Source of the DNA: the human T2T-CHM13v2.0 reference genome, Homo sapiens
Direction: 5' to 3' (one strand)
DNA: 64,000 bases
Assembly: GCF_009914755.1 (NCBI RefSeq)
Contig: NC_060936.1
How positions within the stretch are numbered: the stretch's first letter is position 1; every line of letters begins with the position of its first letter. The notes under the pieces are model-generated. The model saw nothing but the letters and a program-made list of their open reading frames with translations, had not been told where the DNA came from and made no database searches. A program made the position numbers and the translations under genes. Shown piece by piece: positions 42,454-61,363 of this stretch.

Positions 42454-42783
42454 TAATTTTTTGTATTTTTAGTAGAGACAGGGTTTCACCATGATGGCCA
42501 CACTGGTCTTGAACACCTGACCTCGTGATCCACCCGCCTTGGCCTCCCAAAGTGCAGGGATTACAGGCGTGAGCCACCGCGCCCGGCCAATATTTTCTTA
42601 TTATGTAATAGGATCTAGAAATGTTGCTCTTCCTCACAATTCTCAGTATTACTTTTCTTTTTTTTTTCAGAGTCAGAGGTTCCGGTTGAGATCAAGTTGG
42701 GAGACACACCCTTGTTCATTCTCCTTGAGAAGCAGCTATTATCAACAGAACATTGACAGAACCTGTGTTTGGGGAAAGGACTG

Positions 42784-43097
42784 ATGGCTTTGAGTCTAGG
42801 TTGGAAAGCACACAGGAACCACTGTGGTCTCCTCTTGCAGGCTCTGCGAAGCAGTGGTCTTCTCTTGTTTCCCTGTGGCCAGTGTCCCTGGAGAGGAGCT
42901 GGAAGCTTTTTGGACCCTGAGATAAAGGCTTTCCTGGAGGAGAACACTGAAGTCACCAGCAGTGGTAGCCTCACCCCTGAAATCCAGTTGCGGCTTTTGA
43001 CCCCCAGATGCAAATTCTGGTGGGAGAGAGCTGACCTGTGGCCCCACAGTGATCCTTACTGGGCAATCTACTGGCCAGGAGGCCAAGCCCTGTCTAG
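42784..43097 (+). CDS. ETFBKMT: ETF beta-subunit lysine methyltransferase (METTL20), coding exon 1 of 3
   Basis: ATG at 42784, MALSLGWKAHRNHCGLLLQALRSS...DPYWAIYWPGGQALSR; 314 nt, phase-2 donor AG|GTACTA; N-terminus poor in acidic residues, consistent with a mitochondrial presequence. Confidence 0.97.
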
Positions 43098-43865
43098 GTA
43101 CTACCCTAATGAAACCTTTAAGGCGCTACAGATCTTTGCTGTTTTCAGTTCCCTCCAACCTCTACAAAAAACCAGAGCAATGCTAGGCGTGGTGGCTCAT
43201 GCCTGTAGTCTCAGTACTTTGGGAGGCTGAGGCTGTAAGCTGTGATCCTGCCACTGCACTCTCGCCTGGCCTGTCTCAAAAACAAAACAGAAACCGGCAA
43301 AACTCAGTCTTGTTGTTTTCTTTTTTCTTTCTTTCTTTTTTTTTTTTTTTTTTGGTAGAGACAGGATCTTGCTATGTTGTCCAGGCTGGTCTTAAACATC
43401 TGGCCTCCTCAACCTCCCCAAGTGCTGGTATTACAGACATGAGCCTCTGAGCCTAGCCTCAGGTTAGCCATATTTTTTGTTGCCTTGTTGCGTAATTTCC
43501 CATTCTAACCCAAGCTTATCAAGCTATTTTCCCAAGTAACTGTCTCCCCAAGAGAAATCCTAGAGTCAGCTGTCAAGACCCTGGATAGCTATAAGTGATC
43601 CAGAAATCTCACCTGTTAGGAGGTTCATAGTTCATAGCGCATGACCATTGCAGAGTTCCTAGATGGAAGCTAAACACCCAGTCCTTTCGCTCTCCTTTAA
43701 TTCAGTGAATGTCGCTCCATAAACCTCACATTCCTTCCAGAGTTGCTTATTTTCCCATAAAACAGGAGCTGTGAGTGAGTGGGCTGTTCAAAGTTTCCCT
43801 CTTCTGTTGGGTGCAGTGCCTGTAATCCCAGTGCTTTAGGAAGCCAGTGCAGGAGGACAGCTTGA

Positions 43866-44126
<261 letters not shown>

Positions 44127-44152
44127 TGATCAGGCTGGTCTCGAACTTCTGA

Positions 44153-44356
<204 letters not shown>

Positions 44357-44401
44357 TAGCAGCTATTTAGACAGGGCATGTATGCCTCTACTTTGCCATA
44401 G

Positions 44402-44968
44402 TGTTAACTGGTTGATGTCAAGTCCCAGGTTCTTAGTGCCATCAACAAAGAATTGGACATGACACATACAAGTAGCAAGGCAGCAAACAGTTTGTTAAGC
44501 AGAATGCAATCAGCAACGAATCAGGCTGACCTGCGAGTGGTATCAGCCCCAGTTTGTTATAGTTCATGGCCTTTTATATGTTTTTTCCTCACTTGCTTAA
44601 CCTTACTTTGTTTTTCGTAAGTGAATTGCTCATCCTGGCCTTTCCCTCATTGTGCCTAAACCACACTTTATTTCTCATAAGCTAATTGTGCATCCTTGCT
44701 TAACCTTATTTTATCTTTTCTGACAAAATTGCTCATCTTTACTTTTAGTTCTTGTAACCAAATTGCTACTGCAACCCCTTTCCACTTATTTTCCTTATCT
44801 TGCATGTTCTAACTCATTGCTTACTCCCGTATCTCTTACTGCTTACTGTCTTATTTCATATGTCCTGTTTCTGCTATCTTGTATGCTTTGCTTTTGGTAT
44901 TGCTTCAGCTAGCCTATGTCCAACGGGTCCCCTTCACCCCTGACTTCCTCTGCCATTCTCCTGCCTCA
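44402..44968 (-). mobile_element. ERV1 solo LTR, subfamily not resolved
   Basis: Minus strand starts TGAGGCAGGAGAATGG and ends CCAGTTAACA; TSD ATAG/GTAG; imperfect internal AATTGCTCATC repeats. Confidence 0.65.
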
Positions 44969-45674
44969 GTAGTACCCACTGTTCCTTATTACTCCAATCC
45001 GAAGATCAAGAGTCAGCTGAAATTTGTTATTTCAGCGTTTCTCCATCCCTCTTCGCTTGTTTGGTAACTATTTAGCTCCAGTCCAAATTCCTTGGTTGAA
45101 TTGGACTTTGAGTTTTACCAGAGAGGTCATTATACTACATTTCAAGCAGCAGGAAAATCACTCTATGATGGAGTCAAGAGGAGACAGTGACTCTTGGATT
45201 GAGTTTACTAATTTTAGTCTTTGTTTTAGCAGTATTTTGTCAGTCTTAATTCGTGGTGCTCGGTAGTTTCTGGAACATACTAAGTATTCAATACTTTGTC
45301 AGCCGAAATGAGAGACTGAGGCATGAGTCTCAACCAGTCAAGGTTTGTTAAGCCCAAGAAAAATGCAAGTCACAGAAAAGTTTGTGGCCTGTGCTCTTCT
45401 AAGAGGTTTTTAGGAGGCACAGTATTTATACATTTCTTTTTCTTTCTTTTTTTTTTTTTTTTTGAGATGGAGTTTTGCTCTTGTTGCCCAGGCTGGAGTG
45501 CAATGGCACAATCTTGGCAGACTGCAGCCTTCCCCTCCCGGGTTCAAACGATTCTCTGCCTCAGCCTCCCGAGTAGCTGGGATTACAGGCATGTACCACC
45601 ACGCCTGGCTAATTTTGTATTTTTAGTAGAGACGGGGTTTCACCCTGTTGGCCAGGCTGGTCTCGAACTCCTGA

Positions 45675-46088
<414 letters not shown>

Positions 46089-46355
46089 TGACTTGAATAG
46101 CATAATCAGTCAGTTGTGTGGTACTGTGCTTCACACCTGCTGAAGAGAAAGACCAAATGACTAGGTCCTTTCTTCTGCCACCTCTGCCCAGCTCTGGAGA
46201 TGGACTTTTTGTGTCACTCTAGTCAGACCAAACTTGCCAAGGTTGGACCAAGTTCTGCTACTTTTCACTATTTCTTTTGTCCAGTCAACCTAAAGACATC
46301 TCTTTTCTTTCTTTTCCTTTTCTTTTCTTTTTTCTTTTTTTGCATACCTCTTATT

Positions 46356-46868
46356 TGCTGAGACCAGCTCGGCTGGGGAGACCCTAACCCAGTGACACTA
46401 GAGGAATTAAAGATACACACACAGAAATGTAGAGGTGTGAAGTGGGAAATCAGGCGTCTCACAGCCTTCAGACCTGAGAGCCCCGAACAGAGATTTACCC
46501 ACATGTTTATTAACAGCAAGCCAGTCATTAGCATTGTTTCTATAGATATTAGATTAACTAAAAGTATCCCTTATGGGAAATGAAGGGATGGGCTGAAATA
46601 AAGGGATGGGTTGGGTTAGTTATCTGCAGCAGGAGCATGTCCTTAAGGCACAGATCGCCCATGCTATTGTTTGTGGTTTAAGAACGCCTTTAAGCAGTTC
46701 TCTGCCCTGGGCAGGCCAGGTGTTCCTTGCCCTCATTCCGGTAAACCCACAGCCTTCCAGCGTGGGTGTTATGGCCATCATGAACATGTCACAGTGCTGC
46801 AGAGATTTTGTTTATAGCCAGTTTTGGGGCCAGTTTATGGCCAGATTTTGGGGGGCCTGTTCCCAACA
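46356..46868 (-). mobile_element. MER9 (HERV-K HML-3) solo LTR
   Basis: Minus strand starts TGTTGGGAACAGGCCCCCCAAAATCTGGCCATAAACTGGCCCC; 513 bp; 6-bp TSD CTTATT/TTTATT. Confidence 0.9.
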
Positions 46869-46916
46869 TTTATTTTTCCTCATCTCTCTGAGACATGTTT
46901 CTCCTTTTTAATTTAG

Positions 46917-47047
46917 GTATCTTTTGGATAATCCTGATGTTGTCAGAGGAAAATCTGTATTAGATCTTGGGAGTGGATGTGGAGCTACAGCTATTGCTGC
47001 TAAGATGAGTGGGGCATCAAGGATCTTGGCCAATGACATAGACCCTA
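46917..47047 (+). CDS. ETFBKMT: ETFBKMT coding exon 2 of 3 (SAM-binding motif I)
   Basis: TTTAG|G acceptor; YLLDNPDVVRGKSVLDLGSGCGATAIAAKMSGASRILANDIDP; donor A|GTAAGG; 131 nt keeps the frame. Confidence 0.98.
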
Positions 47048-47500
47048 GTAAGGATTCATATTTTAAAATATTTAAGGCTCATCTTTTTTTTTTCTCTGGG
47101 ATAAATATGTACACATGCTCAGTGTGGTAGCTTATCGTTATATGTATTTTGTGATTGGACATTGTGAATCTCTGTGCACTGGGACATTATCTGTAGGAAT
47201 CCCCTGAGGTCTGAGTAGATGGTGCATTTTTCCCAAGAGGATTTGTGTCTGCCAGACATCCAGAGTAAGCACTTATGTTAATTTATGGGCTAGGAATTTC
47301 CTGAAATATGTAAATAGTGTTTATTTGACCCCAAACCCAAGTGAGTATTGACCTGTCTTTGAGGGTTATTTTTATTCCATTAGAACCCAGGCTGAGACAG
47401 GTAAGTTTTTATTTGATCTGATTTTCTTCTGGTCTACCCTTTCACTGAGAATATAGTCCTTGAAAACCTTTATTTTATTTTATTTATTTATTTATTTTGA

Positions 47501-47608
<108 letters not shown>

Positions 47609-47709
47609 TAGCTGGGACTATAGGTGCCTGCCACCATGCCTGGCTAATTTTTTTTTTTTTGCATTTTTAGTAGAGATGGGGTTTCACCGTGTTATTCAGG
47701 ATGGTCTCA

Positions 47710-48212
<503 letters not shown>

Positions 48213-48476
48213 TAATGAAATCAGCAAATATTCCTAAAAGTCCCAGCATTTCTAGGTGTTTTGAATTGTTTGTTTTCAGGATATCCAGTCATGTATTTGG
48301 AAATTGTGGTATAGCTTATATTGGGATAACCTTTATACTTCTCTACTTTAAAAAACAACTTTCATCAAAAAGGAAGAAAAATATATTGTTAGCAGATCTT
48401 CTAAATTATTTAATCAACATGGAATTATAACAGCCTAGCATATACCAATTCATTTTGTGCTTTTTTTTTTTTTAAG

Positions 48477-48820
48477 TTGCAGGAATGGCTATTACACTAA
48501 ATTGTGAATTGAACAGACTGAATCCTTTTCCTATTTTAATCCAAAACATTTTGAATTTGGAACAAGATAAGTGGGACCTTGTTGTTCTTGGCGATATGTT
48601 TTATGATGAAGACCTTGCAGATAGTCTTCATCAGTGGCTGAAGAAGTGCTTCTGGACCTATAGAACTCGAGTACTGATTGGTGACCCTGGGCGGCCCCAG
48701 TTCAGTGGACACAGCATTCAGCATCACCTGCACAAAGTGGTAGAATATTCACTTTTGGAGTCTACTAGGCAGGAAAACAGTGGACTGACAACAAGCACAG
48801 TGTGGGGTTTTCAGCCTTGA
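48477..48820 (+). CDS. ETFBKMT: ETFBKMT coding exon 3 of 3
   Basis: Poly-T AAG| acceptor; IAGMAITLNCELN...WDLVVLGDMFY (motif II and DxxY)...VWGFQP-TGA; total CDS 314+131+344 = 789 nt = 262 aa plus stop. Confidence 0.98.
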
Positions 48821-49204
48821 GTTGTCAAAGTGCTTCCAAGTATGAATATAGTAATGTTTGGATCTGACTCTAAAAGTTTTCTCTATAGGAGATACTCTCC
48901 AGTTTAATGAATGTAATTCTTGTTAAATGGAAAATCTTGTTTTTAAAATATGAAGGTTTAGAGTTTTGTTTACTTTTGTCATGTAACTGGTTCTGTATTT
49001 CTATGCATGCCAATTATACACATCTCTATCTGCATTTTTTTTTCTATTTTAACCGCTGAAGGAATATGATTATACAATGCCATACTCAATGGTGGCAGCA
49101 TTTAATTTAAGTAATGGAGAAGAATTAAACATTGTAGCTGGATCTGTTTCTGTAGTCGAGGACAACTGTGATGTAACTTTGAATTAAACAAACAAAACAA
49201 AACA

Positions 49205-49325
49205 GAAGAAGACTATATATATATTTTTTCTTTTTTTAGAGACAGTCTCACTTTGCTCCCAGGCTGGAATGCAGTGGCTATTCAGAGGCTTAATCATTGG
49301 GCACTGCAGCCTTGAACTCTGGGCT
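49205..49325 (-). mobile_element. FAM/7SL-like Alu monomer in the ETFBKMT 3'UTR, abutting an antisense AluS (49326-49621)
   Basis: GCAGTGGCTATTCA is the reverse complement of the 7SL/FAM signature TGAATAGCCACTGC. Confidence 0.7.
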
Positions 49326-49619
49326 TTTTTTTTTTTTTGAGATGGAGTCTCAGCTCTGTCGTCCAGGCTGGAGTGCAGTGACTCATGTCTCGGCTCACTG
49401 TAGCCTCCACCTCCCCCAATCAAGCGATTGTCCTGTCTCAGCCTCCAGAGTAGCTGGGATTTTAGGTGTGCACCACCATGCCTGGCTAATTTTTGTATTT
49501 TTAGTAGAGACGGGGTTTTGCCATGTTGGCCAGGCCGGTCTCAAACTCCTGACCTCAGGTGATCCACCCGCCTTGGCCTCCCAAAGTGCTAGGATTACAG
49601 GTGTGAGCCACCACGCCAG

Positions 49620-51250
49620 CCTGACGATGTTTTTTACTTCTATCACTTCCTTTTGATTTTTTCTTATAGCTTCTATCTCTGCTTACGTCACCCATCATTC
49701 TTGCGTGTTGTATGCTTTTTGCATTAGAGCCCTTTGCATGTTAATCAGTTATTTTAAATTTATGATCTGGTAATTCTAAAATGTCTGCCATAACTGAGTC
49801 TGGTTCTGATGCTTGTTTTCTTTTCAGACTGTTTTTTTGTCTTTTAGCATGCCTTGTAATTTTTTGTTGATAGCTAGACATGATGTATTGCATAAATAAA
49901 CAAGTAAACTAAGGTAGCATGAGGTTTTAAAATCTGGGTAGGGCTACTGTTTGCTGTAGAGTAGATATTACAGGCTAAATTTTCCTCTAGTGTCCTGGCT
50001 ATTGTCTCCTCTGTTATCTTTGAGTTTCCCTAGAGATTCCTTCTTATATAGAGTCTGAAGCTTGCAGTTTTTTTCACCTGTAATTCCCTGTTATTATACA
50101 GTAGCCTAACTGATGTGATAAGGTATGGGAGAAGGTATGTTCTATAGTCCTTTGATTAAGTCTCAGTCAGTTAAGTCAGCCTGTGCCCCTGCTGTGACCT
50201 TCACAAGTGCTTTCAGCTTTTCTTTTGTCACTTTGGTGAGACAGGAAGGCTAGAGGCAGCTGGAGTTGGGTGCTTCCTTTCCCCCAGGTCAACGAGGCTC
50301 TGGTAAAATAGTTTCCCTTGAGAACTGGCTTTTGTTAAGGAGAACTGAACACTTGGGCATATTTCAAAATGGTTACTTTCCCTATCCTCATACCAGAAGA
50401 GGGGATTTTTCTCTGATCCTCACCCTGAGAACCTGGTAGGTATCCTGGAGGTAAAACTATGAAAGTGTGGTGTCTCCCCTAGGAGTGGGCCCCCTGGAGT
50501 TTGTTTGTTTTAATTTAACAAAGTTTAATTGAGCAAAGAACAATCTGTGAATTGGGCAGCTCCCAAAAGCAGAATAGGTTCAGAGTGACTGCAGGGTTGC
50601 CACACCTGGTTAGATAACGTTTATGGACAGATTCCTAGAGCTTTTGATTCTTTTTTTTTTTTTTTTGAGGCAGAGTTTCACTCTTATTGCCCAGGCTGGA
50701 GTGCAATGGCGTGATCTTGGCTCACTGCAACCTCCACCTCCTGGGTTAAAGTGATTCTCCTGCCTCAGCCTCCTGAGTAGCTGGGATTACAGGTATACAC
50801 CACCAAACCCAGCTGGGATTACAGGCATGCACCACCATGCCCAGCTAATTTTTGTATTTTTAGTAAAGACAGGGCTTCGCCATGTTGGCCAGGCTGGTCT
50901 CGAACTCCTGACCTCAGGTGATCCACCTGCCTCAGCCTCCCCAAGTGCTGGGATTACACGTGTGAGCCACTGTGCCAGGCTGGAGCTTTTGATTCTTAAG
51001 TCCATCCACATGGAGCCTCCAGCAACTCAGGAATTACAGCATAAATGTTCCTATTGGTACTGGCTCCAGCAACAGGCTTCTGCTCCCTGTAAGCTATGGT
51101 TCTTTGTATTTGCATTTCTAATTTGTGAGGCATTCTCTCTTTAACCTTAATTCTCTAATGGATCTAAGTGTTGTTGACTTTTCAGTTTATTGAGCTTTTT
51201 TCTTATTGTGAGGATGGGAATGATGACTTCCAATCTCTTTATATTAGAAA
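49620..51250 (-). mobile_element. Old L1M relic with inserted Alu and LTR pieces
   Basis: CTGAGTCTGGTTCTGATGCTTG...GCATGCCTTGTAATTTTTTGTTGA, an antisense L1M-like block. Confidence 0.55.
49895..49900 (+). terminator. Candidate ETFBKMT polyadenylation signal AATAAA (ATTAAA variants at 49124 and 49183)
   Basis: First canonical hexamer I find downstream of the stop codon. Confidence 0.55.
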
Positions 51251-51969
51251 ATATAAATCAGACTAGAGACTGGAAATTTTTGTTGTTGTTGTTGGGTGTT
51301 TTGTTTTGTTTGTTTTTAGACAGGTCTTGCTCTCTCATCCAGGCTGGAGTTCAGCAATGCGACCGTGCTCACTGCAGCCTCGACTTTCTAGGCTCAGGTA
51401 ATCCTCCCACTTCAGCCTCCTTAGTAGCTAGGACTGTAGGCATGCACCACCATGATGCCTGGCTAGTTTTTTTATTTTGTATTTTTTGTAGACATGGAGT
51501 CTTGCTACATTGGCCAGGCTGGGTATTACTGGGTATTTCTTTCTTTCCTCCTTTATTTCTTTCCATATTTACTTATTCAATGAATATTTGAGTGCTTATT
51601 ATATACCAGGCACTGTTCTAGGCACTGGGGATATGGGGATACAGCAATGAAAAAAAAAGATAAATACTTTGTCCTTATGAAATTTGTATTCTAGAGTAGG
51701 GAGACATAATGAACAAATGAAAACAGGCATCAGATGGTGATAGGTAGTAAGGAGAAAAAGAAGTAAGGGTAATAGGGAATACTGGGTACTGGATGGGGTA
51801 CAGATATTTTAAACAGAGTGGTGAGAAATAGTTAATACAGCTAGCAACATAAAAAAGGAGAAATATCAAACTGCAAACTGTTTTAGGAAGATAAATCCTT
51901 CATAGACCCAAAGAAGCTCACAATTTAGATGTCGAAACTAGTTTCTGCAAAAAGGGGAAAATGTGATTG

Positions 51970-53133
51970 ACTTGGTTAAATATTCAGTATTAAATTTTAT
52001 TGAATTTGTCTTTAGAAAAATTTCATAGTTAGAACAGGCCTTACCCATTTTGCACATATATACATATGCACCACCTTTGCAGTGGCAACATATATATCCA
52101 CACTATAAACATACCACATTTATAAATCTTGTAAGGACAAGAAATGGAGTTGAATAAGTACCCCCCAACATATACAAGAAAGTTAGCATACTTACCCCGT
52201 TTTTCACTACATCAGAGGCAAAATAAGAAATCTTTTAAGAAAATCTCAAGACTGGCTCATGGCAAAATGAATATGCTAAATTTGGGGGTTGGTTTAAGCG
52301 TGGTATGTGTCAGGTAATTTTGTGATTACCAAAAAGTTTTCACTTGAAAACTAAGACCTTTGCTGTTTATTTCACAATGTGAAATCAATAAACCTGAGGA
52401 TACAAGTCTCTGTAGTGATATTCTGTATTTACTCATTTTTACACATTTTTGAATGCAATTTTGCTAAGGAAGGAAAGCTTACAGATGCATAAAATGTAAC
52501 TGGGAAGAGTAGCCATAAAAATCAATGAATGGATGTGGCTGGGCAAGAGCCTCTGTAATACTAATACGCTGAATGGCTAATAAGTCACTTCATTTCGGTG
52601 AAACAAATACCTAAATTCTTTGAAGAATTAACAGGCTTGATGTTCAGGTCTGCTTTTGGCAAATGGGCATTTAAATACTCCAAGAAGGTAAGAGCCAGAA
52701 AATAGGAAGGTAACTATGCTTTTAGAAATATGTTTACTTAGATTCTCCCAAGGTTTATACTTACAGGTAAACTTAGAACAATAGCTCAAATACCTACATA
52801 GGAGAAGGAAATCTCAAGGGAAAACAGTTAATTTTAAAGTTATTTAAGAAACAGAATCCAACACCACAGATCAGAGTTCATGCTAGGATTATCATTTCAA
52901 AAATAATGACTCATCCAACAGATATAGAATAATAGCACTTTAAAGATGTTTAAGAGTAAAGCACAAACCATGTATATACCAAGACTTAGCTAATTCTCTG
53001 AGAGTTATAACTTAAGACAATAAAATAATTAAAAATAGTGTTAACATTAAGTAGAATGCAAATCTCTATAGATGGTTTCCTGGGAAAGTAGTTTTGATAA
53101 GCTTTCCTAGCATTGATCATCTTCAAAAAAGCA
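51970..53133 (-). other. AMN1: AMN1 3'UTR with polyadenylation signal (TTTATT at 51996-52001 on + = AATAAA on -)
   Basis: About 1.15 kb of repeat-free AT-rich sequence after the AMN1 stop, ending at a canonical hexamer; cleavage site approximate. Confidence 0.75.
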
Positions 53134-53207
53134 TCAATAAACAGTCCATGTCACTTGCTTTAGTTTGTTTGGGCCTACTAATTGCTCCAACACTTCTCGG
53201 GAATGAT
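53134..53207 (-). CDS. AMN1: AMN1 (antagonist of mitotic exit network 1 homolog, LRR protein) last coding exon
   Basis: Minus strand: TTTTCTTTTATAG| then AT CAT TCC CGA GAA... = (D)[26 protein letters not shown], recognised as the AMN1 C-terminus; too short for the ORF track. Confidence 0.88.
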
Positions 53208-54329
53208 CTATAAAAGAAAACAATGACAATATATTAATTGACAATAAAAAATGTTTAATGTTTCCTCATGTCTAACTGGAGGTGATGTTAATTATTATAC
53301 AGTTATTTAAAGGATTAAAGGAGGTGATCTATAAAGCACAATATACAACTAACTCACTAATAATTAATTAATGGTAGCCCTCACTATTATTAGGTGTAGT
53401 GCACCTATCATGGTATTACTTGTTTAAAAAAAAAAAACAGGCATTTGTTGTTTTCTCTGTAATTTCATCATAATTCCACCAACCAGAGTAATGGTCTAAT
53501 TTCACCATTAACCTGTGTTAATGGTTAATAACTTTTTTCAGGATCTTAGCCGGAAATAGATGATTCACTAAAGTGGGGTGACTGAACAGCATTTAATGAA
53601 GGGAATATTTACCAAAAAAGTAGGATTAAAGAAAGCCAATAGGTACGGTAAACCACCTTGGGAAGCTGCAACACACCCAAAGGGTTAGAGGAGGTAGTAG
53701 TCACCGAACGTGACAAGTTGACCTGTAGCTGAACATTTTTCCATGTCTGTATAATACTACTATAAAGCATGATTTTAAATAGATAACCATTATATAAATA
53801 CACTGTAATTTAACCAATCTATATTATTGGACATTTAGATGTTTTCAGTTTTTCACAATGTACAGTCGTGATTTTGATATGGTTTCCATCCTAGTTTTAG
53901 GATGTCTTTTAAAAATCTGAATTAAAGCAAAAATACTGATAAAATTTTGTTAGTTTAAATATTACTCATAAGTTTAATAAACTTGTTTCCATAGATACAA
54001 CCTATGTTTTATGTACAACATATCTCTAACCTAGTCTTGGAAATCCTGTAATTTGGTGGTTCCTAGACAGATTTCACAGACCAGTAGAAAAAAAAAAAAA
54101 GATGGGCCCAACATATACAGTGACAAAATTTTATTTTAAGTTTAACAAAATTAAGCAAAAATACCAAGGTTTATTGCCAGCAAGAGAACCAGAGAGTGTA
54201 TAGAAATGAAAAGTTATTATCATTGGGAAAACAAAGGTTTACAATTTTTTAAAAAAGCAGCTAGTAAGATAAATGCAGTTTTATTCATGGTCATAAAAAT
54301 ATTATTGGTTATTGTAGAGGAAATCTCAA

Positions 54330-57347
<3,018 letters not shown>

Positions 57348-57908
57348 TCACCATGTTAGCCAGGATGGTCTCGATCTCCTGACCTCGTGATCTGCCCGCC
57401 TTGGCCTCCCAAAGTGCTGCAATTACAGGTGTGAGCCACCGCGCCTGGCCAACACTTCCCAATTTCATTTTAGCTGGTGTGTCTACAATCATTTTGGCAT
57501 TTTTCCAAGTTGTGAATATGTTATCAAACATATATAAAATTTGTCTTCTGTCTACATTTGTCACTATTCTGTTTTGAATTCACTATTGCACATTATAGGA
57601 AGATGCTTTTCCCTCCAATAGTAAGCATGTAACATTTTTATGTAATTAAAAATTTTTGATGCCAGATGGCAGTGTTATATTACAGTCTCCTTAGGCAGCT
57701 TCTTCCCATGAAGATAGAGTATTTAGGACTGTGGGTTTAAATAAGAATATTCAATGCCTTTATTATGCTACAGGGAAAAACTATGGGGTCGCTAAGTATT
57801 TCATAATCTCTTGGCAGAACATTTTATAGAAACACATACTCTCTTGGCCGGGCGCGGCGGCTCACACCTGTAATCCCAGCACTTTGGGAGGACGAGACGG
57901 GCGGATCA

Positions 57909-58245
<337 letters not shown>

Positions 58246-58425
58246 CTAGTAACAGTTAAGCCACTTTACATTAAAGGCTCAGGAAGGAATTATAGATTGT
58301 GGTTCAGATGACTTAGGTTTTACTTCCAGTTCTATCAACTATTTCTAAGATGTGGGGCAAGCCACTTAAATCAATTGTATCTCTGTTCCCTTATCTTTAA
58401 AATGAGGGAGTTGTATAGATGACCT

Positions 58426-59460
<1,035 letters not shown>

Positions 59461-60042
59461 TGATCCGCCCACCTTGGCCTCCCAAAGTGCTGGGATTACA
59501 GGCGTGAGCCACCACCGTGCCCGGCCAAAGAATACAAACTTTTAACAAAGTATTTTTTTCAAATGTTCAAAGGAAATGTAATTTAGACATTTTTATAGAA
59601 CACACAGTGAAAAAAGTATGGCTGAACACATTTTTACAAATAATGATCAAAGTCCTAATGTTTCATTACAGTGATCTGGCAAAAATAAACATGTCATGTA
59701 GGATTAGTAATGAATGAATGAATAATGAGGAAACAGAATAATACAGGATTAAGACAAATATGAAATAAAAAAATGAGTTCTCCTTTAAGCAAGGAACCAG
59801 CTTTAATTAAAGGGAAACCCTGAAGCAAACCACTTGGGTCTTAAAATACTGTTTTGGCTGGGCATGGCAGCTCACGCCTGTAATCCCAGCACTTTGAGAG
59901 GCCAACGTGGGTGGATCTCTTGAGCCCAAGAGTTCGAGACAGTCTGACCAACATGGCGAAACCCCGTCTCTATTTATAAATAAATAAATAAATAAAAATT
60001 TAAAATACTGTTTTGGCTCTTTGTGGTAAATCCTGACATCTA

Positions 60043-60210
<168 letters not shown>

Positions 60211-60239
60211 TTAGCCAGGCATGGTGGCACACACCTTTA

Positions 60240-60382
<143 letters not shown>

Positions 60383-60845
60383 TCAGGTTAAAACAAATCC
60401 TCAGATAAGATTAAAATTCAAGTCGACTAAATTGAAAGCGGCAGATTTCCTGTTGGATTCTCCTGCCTCTCAGGGTAAAACATAAGGACTCTCTAACTGC
60501 TTTATTGCCCTTCTAAAATCCTCCATGTCTTTGAATACTGTCAAACATGCTTAGATAACTATGAGAAACGGCAATGCATGTCTGCTGTAGGAGATTAGCA
60601 AAGGTATGTGAGGTGAACTTACTGATAATCATTGAAGACCTAATTGAATTAAAATGCTTTAGTAAGTTTTAGGACAGGCTTGGTGGCTCACACCTGTAAT
60701 CTCAGTACTTTGGGAGGCTGAGGTGGGCAGATCACCTGAGGTCAGGAGTTCGAGACTAGGCTGGCCAAAATGGTGAAACCCTGTCTCTACTAAAAATACA
60801 AAAAATTAGCCGGGTGTGGTGGCACCCGCTTGTGATCCCAACTCA

Positions 60846-60968
<123 letters not shown>

Positions 60969-61021
60969 TTAGTAAGTTTAAAAATTATTTTCATGCTGTT
61001 GTAACATCTATAAAACTATAA

Positions 61022-61363
<342 letters not shown>

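Noticed and set aside
42769-42783. N-terminal extension of ETFBKMT suggested by the ORF track
   Set aside because: The track starts at TTG; the recognised protein begins at ATG 42784.
49205-49325. 7SL RNA gene
   Set aside because: Only the Alu-domain part is present with no S domain; it is a FAM-type monomer.
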